Below are positions 51,915 to 61,734 of a DNA stretch of 64,000 bases, one piece after another. The stretch covers positions 6,833-70,832 of the forward strand of contig JAUZPL010000012.1 in NCBI GenBank assembly GCA_030705955.1, written 5' to 3'. This stretch comes from Bacillota bacterium (GTDB taxonomy: Bacteria; Bacillota; Bacilli; Bacillales; Cytobacillaceae). The translations under genes were made by a program, and so were the position numbers. The notes under the pieces were generated by a model, which made no database searches, was not told the DNA's origin, and saw nothing but the letters and a program-made list of their open reading frames with translations. The first letter of the stretch is position 1. Each line of letters starts with the position of its first letter.

Positions 51915-53204
51915 ATGGAAAAGCTTATGATTGCTGGCAGTGATCCGTTAAAAGGAACAGTTAGAATTAGCGGTGCTAAAAATAGTGCTGTAGCCCTTAT
52001 TCCAGCAACAATTTTGGCTGAATCTCCTGTCACCATTGAAGGATTGCCAGATATTTCGGATGTGGAAATTCTAAAAGACCTACTAGAAGAAATCGGCGGT
52101 TCAGTTCAATTTTGTGAGGATGAAATGACAGTAGATCCCTCTAAAATGATCTCTATGCCTTTACCAAATGGAAAGGTAAAAAAATTGAGGGCATCCTATT
52201 ATTTAATGGGTGCTATGCTAGGTAGATTTAAAAAAGCAGTTATTGGTTTACCTGGTGGCTGTCACCTGGGGCCACGACCTATTGACCAGCACATAAAAGG
52301 CTTTGAAGCTCTTGGGGCAAGTGTGACCAATGAGCAAGGTGCCATTTATTTACGAGCAGAAGAGCTGCGTGGAGCACGGATTTATCTTGATGTGGTCAGT
52401 GTAGGAGCTACAATCAATATTATGCTTGCGGCAGTGAGAGCAACGGGACGGACTATCATTGAAAATGCAGCAAAAGAACCTGAGATTATTGATGTAGCAA
52501 CACTCTTGACCAATATGGGCGCAAAGATCAAAGGAGCAGGTACCGATGTCATCCGTATCGAGGGAGTAGACACTCTTCATGGCTGCCGTCATACGATTAT
52601 CCCGGACCGGATTGAAGCAGGGACCTATATGATTCTAGGTGCAGCTGTGGGAGATGGTATTCTAATTGATAACGTGATTCCTCAGCACTTGGAATCATTG
52701 ATTGCCAAATTACGAGAAATGGGAGTCCAAATTGAAACAAGTGATGATCAGATATTTGTAGAAAAAGGCACTAAGCCGTTTAAAGCTATAGATATTAAAA
52801 CACTTGTGTATCCAGGCTTCCCAACTGATCTGCAACAGCCATTTACTAGTTTATTAACGAGAACAGAAGGCACTAGCATGGTCACGGATACCATTTATGG
52901 TGCCCGTTTTAAACATATTGATGAGTTAAGAAGAATGAATGCAAATATTAAAGTGGAAGGCCGCTCCGCCATCATAAACGGTCCTATTCTGCTTCAAGGT
53001 GCAAAGGTAAAAGCAAGTGACTTAAGAGCAGGTGCAGCATTAGTCATTGCCGGCTTAATGGCAGATGGAATAACCGAAGTTACTGGCCTAGAGCACATTG
53101 ATAGAGGCTATAGTCATCTAGTAGAAAAACTTCAAGGGCTTGGTGCAACTGTTTGGCGCGAAAATTTAACCAAAGAAGAGCTTGAGCATCTAAAAAATAT
53201 ATAG
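51915..53204 (+). CDS. murAB: UDP-N-acetylglucosamine 1-carboxyvinyltransferase (second paralog)
   Basis: 429 aa with [13 protein letters not shown] and [11 protein letters not shown] motifs. Confidence 0.92.
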   Translation: MEKLMIAGSDPLKGTVRISGAKNSAVALIPATILAESPVTIEGLPDISDVEILKDLLEEIGGSVQFCEDEMTVDPSKMISMPLPNGKVKKLRASYYLMGAMLGRFKKAVIGLPGGCHLGPRPIDQHIKGFEALGASVTNEQGAIYLRAEELRGARIYLDVVSVGATINIMLAAVRATGRTIIENAAKEPEIIDVATLLTNMGAKIKGAGTDVIRIEGVDTLHGCRHTIIPDRIEAGTYMILGAAVGDGILIDNVIPQHLESLIAKLREMGVQIETSDDQIFVEKGTKPFKAIDIKTLVYPGFPTDLQQPFTSLLTRTEGTSMVTDTIYGARFKHIDELRRMNANIKVEGRSAIINGPILLQGAKVKASDLRAGAALVIAGLMADGITEVTGLEHIDRGYSHLVEKLQGLGATVWRENLTKEELEHLKNI

Positions 53205-53294
53205 AAACTCTTTTATTGTTGACTTTTGGAACCGATATCAATAAACAATGTCAATAGTTAATAAAAGTAAAGAGAACTAGGAGGACTGAAACCG

Positions 53295-54257
53295 ATGGAA
53301 AGAAGTTTAACAATGGAGCTTATTCGCGTGACGGAAGCTGCTGCTCTTGCCTCTGCACGTTGGATGGGACGCGGAGTGAAAGATGAGGCAGACGATGCTG
53401 CAACAACTGCGATGCGGAATGTGTTTGACACCATCCCAATGAAAGGAACCGTGGTGATTGGGGAAGGGGAAATGGACGAAGCTCCAATGCTTTATATTGG
53501 CGAAAAGTTAGGAAATGGCTATGGGCCTCGTGTGGATGTAGCTGTTGATCCACTAGAAGGAACCAATATTGTCGCTTCTGGAGGATGGAATGCTTTAGCG
53601 GTTCTAGCTGTGGCAGACCACGGCAATCTTCTTCATGCCCCAGATATGTATATGGAAAAAATCGCAGTAGGGCCAGAAGCGGTTGGAATGGTCGACATTA
53701 ATGCGTCTGTTTTAGATAATTTAAAAGCAGTGGCCAAAGCAAAAAATAAAGATATTGAAGATGTTGTTGCTACCGTACTTAATCGTCCACGTCATGAACA
53801 CATTATTCACCAACTCCGTGAAGCAGGTGCGAGAATCAAACTCATCAATGATGGGGATGTAGCAGGCGCCATCAATACGGCATTTGAATCTACTGGTGTC
53901 GACATTTTATTTGGCTCAGGCGGGGCACCTGAAGGAGTCATTGCAGCGGTTGCCTTAAAATGCCTTGGTGGAGAACTCATTGGTAAACTTCTTCCTCAAA
54001 ACGATGCTGAAGTAGAACGCTGCATGAAAATGGGTCTTGACCTCAATCAAATCCTCCATATGGAGGACCTAGTAAAAGGCGATGATGCCATTTTTGCTGC
54101 AACCGGTGTGACAGATGGAGAATTATTAAAAGGTGTACAATTTAAAGGTTCGTATGGTGTGACGCATTCGGTTGTTATGAGGGCAAAATCTGGAACGGTA
54201 CGCTTTATAGATGGCCAGCATAGTTTGAAAAAGAAACCAAACTTAGTCATTAAATAA
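53295..54257 (+). CDS. glpX: Class II fructose-1,6-bisphosphatase
   Basis: 320 aa; [27 protein letters not shown] is close to B. subtilis GlpX. Confidence 0.92.
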   Translation: MERSLTMELIRVTEAAALASARWMGRGVKDEADDAATTAMRNVFDTIPMKGTVVIGEGEMDEAPMLYIGEKLGNGYGPRVDVAVDPLEGTNIVASGGWNALAVLAVADHGNLLHAPDMYMEKIAVGPEAVGMVDINASVLDNLKAVAKAKNKDIEDVVATVLNRPRHEHIIHQLREAGARIKLINDGDVAGAINTAFESTGVDILFGSGGAPEGVIAAVALKCLGGELIGKLLPQNDAEVERCMKMGLDLNQILHMEDLVKGDDAIFAATGVTDGELLKGVQFKGSYGVTHSVVMRAKSGTVRFIDGQHSLKKKPNLVIK

Positions 54258-54363
54258 AGAGTAATGTAGAGTGACCGGATCTTAGTCGGGTCTGGTCCTT
54301 CTCACCCAATGAAAGACTCCTTTATAAAAAAACTCCTTCTAAGAACAAATTCCGAAAAAGTAG

Positions 54364-54393
54364 TTGATTAAAATTTATAAGTAAGGGTAAAAT
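54364..54393 (+). promoter_or_regulatory. Putative rho promoter
   Basis: TTGATT-18 nt-TAAAAT, followed by a leader of about 170 nt that is G-poor and C/U-rich. Confidence 0.4.
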
Positions 54394-54568
54394 AGTATTT
54401 GTTTTTTTCTGCATTTTTTCCTTTTCTTTTAAACTTCTTAATACCTTCAATTCATTGTAATCAATTCCTCAAATTTTTCTGTCCGGATTGAATCAGTGCA
54501 AAAAATGAGAACATTCAAGTAATCTGTACAGCTTAAATAGAGCGAAAATTTTAAAGTGTGGTGTACAA

Positions 54569-55834
54569 ATGGACATATCAATTTCAGGCTTAGAAAATTT
54601 GAAGTTAAAGGAGCTATATGAATTAGCTCGAGAATATAAGGTTTCCTATTATAGCAAATTAACAAAGAAAGAATTAATTTTTGCCATTTTAAAAGCACGT
54701 GCTGAACAACAGGGATATTTCTTTATGGAAGGCGTTTTGGAAATCATTCAATCAGAAGGGTTTGGATTCCTAAGGCCAATCAACTATTCCCCAAGCTCAG
54801 AAGATATTTACATCTCGGCGTCACAAATTCGCCGCTTTGACCTACGTAACGGTGATAAAGTATCTGGTAAGGTTCGCCCTCCAAAGGAAAATGAACGATA
54901 TTATGGACTTTTACATGTGGAAGCAGTGAACGGCGATGATCCGGAATCTGCAAAAGAACGTGTTCACTTCCCGGCATTAACGCCACTATACCCAGATCGG
55001 CAAATGAAGCTGGAAACAAGTCCTAAACATTTATCAACTCGAATCATGGATGTTATTGCACCAGTAGGCTTCGGTCAACGTGGATTAATTGTAGCTCCAC
55101 CAAAGGCTGGTAAAACCATGCTGTTAAAAGAAATCGCGAATAGCATTACAACGAATCATCCAGAAGCTGAATTAATTGTTTTGTTAATTGATGAACGTCC
55201 TGAAGAGGTTACAGATATTGAACGTTCAGTTCAAGCTGATGTTGTTAGCTCAACATTTGACGAGGTTCCAGAAAACCATATTAAAGTGGCTGAGCTTGTA
55301 CTTGATCGGGCTATGCGTTTAGTTGAACATAAGCGGGACGTAATTATCTTAATGGATAGTATCACTCGACTTGCCCGTGCCTATAACTTGGTCATACCAC
55401 CAAGCGGACGTACGTTATCAGGTGGTATTGACCCAGCAGCCTTCCATCGTCCTAAACGTTTCTTTGGGGCTGCCCGGAATATTGAAGAAGGCGGAAGTTT
55501 AACGATTCTTGCTACGGCCCTTGTCGATACAGGATCTCGTATGGATGACGTTATTTATGAGGAATTTAAAGGGACAGGAAATATGGAGCTACACCTTGAC
55601 CGTTCTCTTGCTGAGCGTCGAATTTTCCCTGCTCTTGACATTCGTCGTTCCGGTACACGTAAAGAAGAACTACTGCTTCCAAAAGATCAGCTTGATAAGC
55701 TATGGTTAATTCGTAAATCAATGTCTGATTCACCAGACTTTGCCGAGCGTTTCTTGAAAAAGTTAAAACAAACCAAGTCAAATGAGGAATTTTTTGCTGC
55801 ATTGGGTGAAGAAATTAAGACGCGCCGTTCCTAA
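54569..55834 (+). CDS. rho: Transcription termination factor Rho
   Basis: 421 aa with Rho N-terminal domain, cold-shock-like RNA-binding domain and Walker A PPKAGKT. Confidence 0.95.
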   Translation: MDISISGLENLKLKELYELAREYKVSYYSKLTKKELIFAILKARAEQQGYFFMEGVLEIIQSEGFGFLRPINYSPSSEDIYISASQIRRFDLRNGDKVSGKVRPPKENERYYGLLHVEAVNGDDPESAKERVHFPALTPLYPDRQMKLETSPKHLSTRIMDVIAPVGFGQRGLIVAPPKAGKTMLLKEIANSITTNHPEAELIVLLIDERPEEVTDIERSVQADVVSSTFDEVPENHIKVAELVLDRAMRLVEHKRDVIILMDSITRLARAYNLVIPPSGRTLSGGIDPAAFHRPKRFFGAARNIEEGGSLTILATALVDTGSRMDDVIYEEFKGTGNMELHLDRSLAERRIFPALDIRRSGTRKEELLLPKDQLDKLWLIRKSMSDSPDFAERFLKKLKQTKSNEEFFAALGEEIKTRRS

Positions 55835-55854
55835 TTTTTACCTTGAAACCTATC

Positions 55855-55883
55855 TTGCAAAATATGTCTCTGCTTGTTATAAT
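55855..55883 (+). promoter_or_regulatory. Putative rpmE sigma-A promoter
   Basis: TTGCAA-17 nt-TATAAT. Confidence 0.55.
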
Positions 55884-55971
55884 GTGTACAGTGTGTTTTT
55901 AGTACTGCCAAGCTTGTAGCTGGTAGATAACTCTGTTTCGAAAGACTCAGGGCGAAAAGGAGCTGAAAAGA

Positions 55972-56187
55972 ATGAAAACAGGAATTCATCCAAATTATAA
56001 AACAGTAACGGTGACTTGTGCTTGCGGAAATACTTTTGAAACTGGATCAGTTAAAAAAGAAATTCGCGTTGAAACTTGTTCTGAATGTCACCCATTCTAT
56101 ACTGGTCGTCAAAAATTTGCTGAAGCTGGCGGACGTGTTGACCGTTTCAACAAAAAATACGGCATTAAACAACAACAACAACAATAA
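55972..56187 (+). CDS. rpmE: 50S ribosomal protein L31 (Zn-ribbon type A) with a C-terminal QQQQQ extension
   Basis: 71 aa with CACG...CSEC zinc-binding cysteines. The last five sense codons are (CAA)5. Confidence 0.93.
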   Translation: MKTGIHPNYKTVTVTCACGNTFETGSVKKEIRVETCSECHPFYTGRQKFAEAGGRVDRFNKKYGIKQQQQQ

Positions 56188-56198
56188 TCGCTCAGGAG

Positions 56199-56233
56199 AA
56201 CAGGCAAGAAGCAATCTGTCTTGCCTGTTTTTT
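56199..56233 (+). terminator. rpmE terminator
   Basis: AACAGGCAAGA-N9-TCTTGCCTGTT followed by TTTT. Confidence 0.85.
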
Positions 56234-56236
56234 ATT

Positions 56237-56291
56237 GGCTAATATGAAAGTATAAGGGCAACTCTTCGCCAATCGGCGAGTTTTCTTTAAA
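56237..56291 (+). repeat. Family 1 repeat, internally deleted copy B
   Basis: GGCTAATATGAAAG-TATAAGGGCAACT-CTTCGCCAATCGGCGAGTTTTCTTTAAA keeps both ends of copy A but lacks the AT-rich hairpin and part of the middle hairpin. Confidence 0.75.
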
Positions 56292-56333
56292 AATTTTATT
56301 TGATTGGTTCGCAAAGGAAGGAGACGCCGTTTT

Positions 56334-56963
56334 ATGTATGTGATGAAGCAAAGCGGATGGGTTGAGGTTATCTGCGGTAGTATGTTTTCAGGTAAATCGG
56401 AGGAATTAATCCGTCGAGTGAAACGGGCACAATTTGCCAAACAAAAAATAGCAGTATTTAAACCAAAAATTGATAATCGTTACAGTGAACAAGCTGTAGT
56501 TTCCCATAATGGCTCTTCCTTTATAGCAAAGCCAATTTCCCATTCCATTGAAATATTGCACCATGTTGAAGCGGAGATGGACGTCATTGCCATTGATGAA
56601 GTTCAATTTTTTGATGAAGGAATTGTTCGAGTGGTTCAACAGCTAGCAGATAGCGGCTTCCGTGTCATTCTTGCTGGGCTTGACCAGGATTTCCGTGGCG
56701 AACCTTTTGGACAAATGCCTGCCTTAATGGCAATAGCAGAACAGGTGACAAAACTGCAGGCAGTTTGTACGGTTTGTGGATCTCCTTCAAGCAGGACCCA
56801 ACGTTTAATTGATGGAAGCCCAGCTTCATATTATGATCCAGTTATTCTGGTTGGGGCATCTGAAGCCTACGAACCACGCTGTCGTCACCATCATGAGGTA
56901 CCGCAAGCCCCAAATCGGAACGAAGACAAACAATCAGAAGAAATATTTCAAAAAACCACTTGA
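56334..56963 (+). CDS. tdk: Thymidine kinase
   Basis: Start moved to [26 protein letters not shown] (matches the B. subtilis Tdk N-terminus). C-terminal CxxC zinc motif. Confidence 0.9.
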   Translation: MYVMKQSGWVEVICGSMFSGKSEELIRRVKRAQFAKQKIAVFKPKIDNRYSEQAVVSHNGSSFIAKPISHSIEILHHVEAEMDVIAIDEVQFFDEGIVRVVQQLADSGFRVILAGLDQDFRGEPFGQMPALMAIAEQVTKLQAVCTVCGSPSSRTQRLIDGSPASYYDPVILVGASEAYEPRCRHHHEVPQAPNRNEDKQSEEIFQKTT

Positions 56964-56987
56964 GGACGTACTCAGGTGGTTTTTCTT
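56954..56987 (+). terminator. tdk terminator
   Basis: AACCACTTGAG-N6-CTCAGGTGGTT followed by TTTCTTT; overlaps the stop codon. Confidence 0.7.
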
Positions 56988-57051
56988 TGGAAAAAATTAC
57001 GTTATAGATAGAAATGAAGGCGGGGAATGATACAAATAGGAGGTGTTGAAC

Positions 57052-57486
57052 TTGAAAAAGTGGGTTTTCTTCTCCATTTTAGGGGCCATAATTTTAACTG
57101 GATGCAATCAAGGTGCAAACGATGCAGCATATGATTTGCGCAAAGATAAAAGTGCTCCACAATTCATGTCGAACCGTGTTACCGGGAATGATATCAATAA
57201 TCAAAACCCAAATTTTCTTCCTTTAAAAGGAACTAAAGGTGGGGCCGTATCTTCCCAAGGTCACAGAGTAGATGTAGAAAAAGCAAAACAGGTCATTAAA
57301 AGCACAAAAGAGTTTACCCCAGGGTCCATTTGGATGAATGGCGACCGGATGTGGGTAACCGTTTATAAAAAGGGAATGTTTACACAAAGGGAGAAAATAG
57401 CAGCGGAAGCACGAGTTCACCGCCAATTAATAGAAGCTTTGCCCCGATATAATATAGAAGTAAATGTTCGACAGGACAGAAGGTAA
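57052..57486 (+). CDS. YhcN/YlaJ-family sporulation lipoprotein
   Basis: Lipobox ILTGC. C-terminal domain has the family pattern (WVTVY...ALPRYNIEV). Start TTG 57052 is preferred (GGAGG 8 nt upstream). Confidence 0.65.
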   Translation: MKKWVFFSILGAIILTGCNQGANDAAYDLRKDKSAPQFMSNRVTGNDINNQNPNFLPLKGTKGGAVSSQGHRVDVEKAKQVIKSTKEFTPGSIWMNGDRMWVTVYKKGMFTQREKIAAEARVHRQLIEALPRYNIEVNVRQDRR

Positions 57487-57514
57487 ACATGCTCTAGATA
57501 GGGCATGTTTTTTT
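57486..57514 (+). terminator. Terminator of the lipoprotein gene
   Basis: AAACATGC-N9-GCATGTTT followed by TTTT. Confidence 0.75.
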
Positions 57515-57566
57515 AAACTAATTTCACAAATATGTTGATTAAAGCCTTTGTAACAAAGCTTAATAT

Positions 57567-57618
57567 AAAATGGAAAGGGAATCCAGAAAGGAAGTATGTA
57601 CTCACCTTCTGGATTCCC
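57567..57618 (-). terminator. Hairpin downstream of the tupA-like gene
   Basis: GGGAATCCAGAAAGG-N13-CCTTCTGGATTCCC. The T-run on the minus strand is weak. Confidence 0.5.
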
Positions 57619-57630
57619 TTCACTCATCTT

Positions 57631-58725
57631 TTAGCGTTTTGAAGCATTTGGAACGAATAAAGGTTTACCATATTTGGTTTTTCCATATTTACCAATTAGC
57701 TTTTGTCCTTCTGGGCTAACTAGCCAATCAATGAATGTTTTACTTACATTAGGTTTATCTGTACCTACTACTTCAATAATTCCGTAAGGATTTAAAAGTT
57801 CCTTTTGACCTTTTAATAAACAAACTAATGAAGTCTTATTAGTTAGGAAAGTAGCTTCATCTGAAAGGGTATAGCCACCTAATTCATCCGCCATACGTAA
57901 AGTATCTCCCATGCCAAGGCCAGCTTTTTTATACCAGTCACCGCTTGGAGTAATGTTCGCATCGCTCCAGAGAGTAAGTTCTTTAGCATTTGTACCGGAT
58001 TTATCTGCTCTAGAAATAAAGATTGATTTGGTATCGGCAATTTTCTTAAAGGCATCTTGAACTGTTTTTGAATCCTTAATATGGGCTGGATCATCTTTTG
58101 GTCCAGCTATTAAAAATTGATTGTACATTAAATTCCAAGCATATGTGCCACGACCTTCTGCCACGAATTTATCTTCGCTTTTTCGATCATGAACCATTAA
58201 AACATCAGCGTCACCTTGTTCCCCCATTTTAATGGCTTGCCCAGTTCCAACTGCGACAACCTTTACATCAACATCATATTTTGCTTCAAATACTGGGATA
58301 ATGGCATCTAATAAACCAGAATCTTGAGTACTTGTTGTTGTTGCAAGGATAAATGAGCTTTCTAGCTTAGGTTTTACGGCAACAGGCTTTGATGCAACAG
58401 GCTTTGTAGTAACAGGTTTTGAAGCAGTTGTATTGGCAACTACTGCCTTTGTATAATTAGCGTAAACATATCCATAATGGCTATTCCAAATAATTTTATA
58501 CCATGTTTTATTTTTAGTTGTTGAAACAACCTGTAATTCCTTCCCCTTTTTAGCAACTCCTATTTTCTTGTATTTGGCACCGGCGTTTGAATGTACACAA
58601 ACATCTTTTGTTGCGGTTACTTTCTTTATGACTTTTGGAGTTGAAGCTGCAAATGAAGGTGCTACAAAAGAGAAAACTAAAAATAATGCAGTTAAAACCG
58701 AAAATACTAAGTTACCCCTTTTCAT
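57631..58725 (-). CDS. tupA: Secreted SH3b-domain protein fused to a TupA-like tungstate/molybdate ABC substrate-binding domain
   Basis: 364 aa. Signal peptide ending SFAAS, SH3-like segment (VHSNAGAKYKKIGVAKKGKELQVV...WYKIIWNSHYGYVYANY), KPV-repeat linker, then ATTTSTQDSGLLDAIIPVFE and a PBP fold. Confidence 0.65.
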   Translation of the reverse strand: MKRGNLVFSVLTALFLVFSFVAPSFAASTPKVIKKVTATKDVCVHSNAGAKYKKIGVAKKGKELQVVSTTKNKTWYKIIWNSHYGYVYANYTKAVVANTTASKPVTTKPVASKPVAVKPKLESSFILATTTSTQDSGLLDAIIPVFEAKYDVDVKVVAVGTGQAIKMGEQGDADVLMVHDRKSEDKFVAEGRGTYAWNLMYNQFLIAGPKDDPAHIKDSKTVQDAFKKIADTKSIFISRADKSGTNAKELTLWSDANITPSGDWYKKAGLGMGDTLRMADELGGYTLSDEATFLTNKTSLVCLLKGQKELLNPYGIIEVVGTDKPNVSKTFIDWLVSPEGQKLIGKYGKTKYGKPLFVPNASKR

Positions 58726-58810
58726 TATTTACCCCCCTAAAATATTTAAAATCGTAAAGTCAAGTTTAGAATAATAGGTATAATACTCCTTGTAAATGCT
58801 TTCTTTTCCA

Positions 58811-58850
58811 TTTTGTTAAGTTTTGTTAAGTTTTATTAAGTTTTGCCAAA
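58811..58850. repeat. Four tandem 10-bp repeats in the divergent tupA/tupBC control region
   Basis: TTTTGTTAAG TTTTGTTAAG TTTTATTAAG TTTTGCCAAA, i.e. helical-phase T-tracts about 85-125 bp upstream of the tupA start. Confidence 0.8.
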
Positions 58851-59119
58851 TTTGTGAATTTTTTTCAGTGGATTTTATTATATTAATATATTAAAAATTA
58901 TGTAAAATTAACCATTTTAACAAAATTAATATTTTTTAAAATAATATTTATACAAATAGATAAGTTCACGAATTTGTCATATATGAAGGAGCATTTAGGT
59001 TGTGATGTAAACAACATACTAATAAGAAGTAAAGAAATTTTGTATAAAAGTTTTCCATCTTGCTAGATATTTTAAAAAAATATACGATTGTTTTATCAAA
59101 AATGGGTGGAGGAAAAAAG

Positions 59120-59812
59120 ATGAAAGAGTGGATCTCATTATTTAAAGAGGAAACGATTTTAGAGATTATTAAACTCTCCTTACAAGTTTCATTGACCGCT
59201 CTCATTATAGGAGGAATAATTGGAATTTTGGCGGGAACCACCTTGGGGATTTATTCCTTTAGGGGAAAAAAAATAATCCTCTCTGTTGTTTATACACTTA
59301 TGGGTGTTCCCCCTGTTTTAATAGGGGTTGTTGTCTATCTTCTCCTATCAAGGCATGGCGTATTGGGTTCTCTTCAGTTGCTATTTACACCAACTGCCAT
59401 GATCATTGCCCAAATTATTTTAGTCACTCCAATTGTAACAGGATTAACATACTCTGCGATTTCATCAAATGAAAGAAAGTTTTCTCCAGCTGCGCTCACC
59501 CTAGGGGCAAACGATTTTCAATTATGGATGGTTTTACTTAGGGAGTCTAGGAGGGGAATTATCACCGCCTGTTTATCAGCATTTGGTAGAGCCATCTCTG
59601 AAGTTGGCGCCGTAATGCTTGTAGGTGGAAATATAGAAGGAAGTACACGTGTAATGACAACCGCTATGATATTGGAAACCCGCCAAGGAAACTTTAATGT
59701 CGCCCTCGCACTAGGTGCAGTATTGCTATTCATTAGCTTTTTTATTAATTTCTTTGTCCTTTGGAGATTTATGTTTACAAAAACCTCTTTTCAGGAGGCG
59801 ATTCAACTTTGA
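59120..59812 (+). CDS. tupB: ABC transporter permease (TupB-like)
   Basis: Start moved to ATG 59120 behind GGTGGAGG. About 230 aa, 5-6 TM helices, EAA-like loop (GRAISEVGAVMLVGGN). Confidence 0.7.
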   Translation: MKEWISLFKEETILEIIKLSLQVSLTALIIGGIIGILAGTTLGIYSFRGKKIILSVVYTLMGVPPVLIGVVVYLLLSRHGVLGSLQLLFTPTAMIIAQIILVTPIVTGLTYSAISSNERKFSPAALTLGANDFQLWMVLLRESRRGIITACLSAFGRAISEVGAVMLVGGNIEGSTRVMTTAMILETRQGNFNVALALGAVLLFISFFINFFVLWRFMFTKTSFQEAIQL

Positions 59813-60528
59813 AAAGTATGGTACTTCTTAATCAATTGACGGTTAAAACAGCAAATAAAACCCTTCTTGAAATAGGGAGTCTTGAAATAGAAAAGGGAGA
59901 AAGATATACCATAATGGGTCCCAGCGGTGCTGGAAAAAGTACGCTATTAAAGTGTGTGGCCACCCTTAAGCCTTATAGTGGAGGGGAAATTTATTTATTT
60001 GACGAAAAACTGGTAAATAAAAATAAAAAGCGATTAAGGAAAAAAATGGTCTATGTGGCACAACAGGAAGTTATGTTTAACGGAAATGTGGAAGATAATG
60101 TGGGTCTAGGACTTAAATTTCGAAGATTTGTAAAGAAGGAGAGACAGGAAAAGATAAAAAAGGTATTAAAACTAGTTGGTCTTGAAGGATATGAAAAAAG
60201 AAATGTTGAATCTCTTTCAGGCGGAGAGCTACAACGGATAGCTTTAGCCAGAGCCCTTGTTCTTGAACCGGAGCTTTTGCTTTTGGACGAGCCTACAGCC
60301 AATTTAGATCCTTTTAATGTTCAAATGATGGAACAAGCTATTATTCATTACTGTCAAAGCAAAGGCGCCACTCTTATACTTGCCACGCATAATATGAATC
60401 AGGCTAAAAGGATTGGACAACATGGCCTATTTATAATGAGTGGGAAAGTAATAGAGTCAGGTGATCTTCCAAATTTATTGGATCATCCTAATACAAAAGA
60501 ATTAATAGAGTTTCTTGAGTGGGCTTAG
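59809..60528 (+). CDS. tupC: ABC transporter ATP-binding protein (TupC-like)
   Basis: Walker A GPSGAGKST, signature LSGGELQR, Walker B LLLDEPT. Start is TTG 59809 (GGAGG 10 nt upstream, overlaps the tupB stop) or ATG 59818. Confidence 0.75.
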   Translation: MKSMVLLNQLTVKTANKTLLEIGSLEIEKGERYTIMGPSGAGKSTLLKCVATLKPYSGGEIYLFDEKLVNKNKKRLRKKMVYVAQQEVMFNGNVEDNVGLGLKFRRFVKKERQEKIKKVLKLVGLEGYEKRNVESLSGGELQRIALARALVLEPELLLLDEPTANLDPFNVQMMEQAIIHYCQSKGATLILATHNMNQAKRIGQHGLFIMSGKVIESGDLPNLLDHPNTKELIEFLEWA

Positions 60529-60660
60529 TAGTACCTAATATAATTCCCTAAAGGACAGTATTTGATTCCATAAAAGCATCCCGCAATATTTGGTTTTGAC
60601 TCAAGTATTTCACCTATACTATAATTAGAATGTTATGGACAAAAAACTGAGGTGAATAGT

Positions 60661-61734
60661 GTGTTTGATCGTCTTCAATCTGTAGAAGATCGTTATGAGA
60701 GACTAAATGAATTGTTAAGTGATCCAGAAATTATTAATGATTCAAAAAAACTAATGGAATATTCAAAAGAACAAGCAAATATTCAAGAAACCGTGCAAAC
60801 ATTCCGTCAATATAAAGAAACTCGTGAACAATACCAGGACGCAAAAGCGATGCTAGAAGAAAAGCTTGACCCTGAAATGCGAGAAATGGTTAAAGAAGAA
60901 GTAAATGAATTAGAAGACCAAATTGGTGAATTAGAAGAAAAACTTAAGCTTCTTATGATTCCAAAAGACCCTAATGATGATAAAGACGTTATTTTTGAAA
61001 TTCGCGGTGCAGCAGGTGGAGATGAAGCAGCTCTTTTTGCAGCAACTCTTTATCGGATGTATAACCGGTATGCTGAGTCACAGGGCTGGAAAACGGAAGT
61101 CATTGACTCCAATCCAACTGGTATCGGCGGGTTTAAAGAAATTGTATTTATGATTAACGGCACAGGTGCCTATTCCAAATTGAAATTTGAGAATGGAGCC
61201 CATCGTGTACAACGTGTTCCGGAAACGGAATCTGGTGGACGAATCCATACTTCAACTGCGACAGTTGTCTGCATGCCAGAGGCGGAAGAAGTGGAAGTTG
61301 AAATTAATGATAAAGATATTCGCTTTGATGCATATGCCTCAAGTGGTGCAGGCGGACAAAGTGTTAATACCACGATGTCGGCAGTTCGATTAACCCATAT
61401 TCCAACTGGCATTGTTGTAACCTGTCAGGATGAAAAGTCCCAGCATAAAAATAGGGACAAAGCGATGAAGGTTTTACGTGCGCGTATTTACGATAAATTT
61501 TTGCAAGAAGCACAAGCTGAATACGATCAAGCCCGCAAATCAGCGGTTGGAACAGGTGATCGTTCTGAACGGATTCGTACCTACAATTTTCCGCAAAATC
61601 GTGTAACCGATCATCGAATTGGTCTTACAATTCAAAAATTGGATCAGGTTTTAGAAGGTAAGCTCGATGATGTCATTGATGCATTAATTCTTGATGATCA
61701 ATCTAGAAGACTTGAGGGTGCTTCTAATGAGTAA
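60661..61734 (+). CDS. prfA: Peptide chain release factor 1
   Basis: PxT-type region and the GGQ motif (SGAGGQSVN). Start GTG 60661 preferred (GAGGTG 6 nt upstream); the track start is 60652. Confidence 0.93.
   Translation: MFDRLQSVEDRYERLNELLSDPEIINDSKKLMEYSKEQANIQETVQTFRQYKETREQYQDAKAMLEEKLDPEMREMVKEEVNELEDQIGELEEKLKLLMIPKDPNDDKDVIFEIRGAAGGDEAALFAATLYRMYNRYAESQGWKTEVIDSNPTGIGGFKEIVFMINGTGAYSKLKFENGAHRVQRVPETESGGRIHTSTATVVCMPEAEEVEVEINDKDIRFDAYASSGAGGQSVNTTMSAVRLTHIPTGIVVTCQDEKSQHKNRDKAMKVLRARIYDKFLQEAQAEYDQARKSAVGTGDRSERIRTYNFPQNRVTDHRIGLTIQKLDQVLEGKLDDVIDALILDDQSRRLEGASNE

Noticed and set aside
58879-58890. The perfect 12-bp palindrome TATATTAATATA as a ModE-like operator.
   Set aside because: It is made only of A/T in a region that is almost pure A/T, so it is likely chance. 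The flanks do not extend the symmetry.
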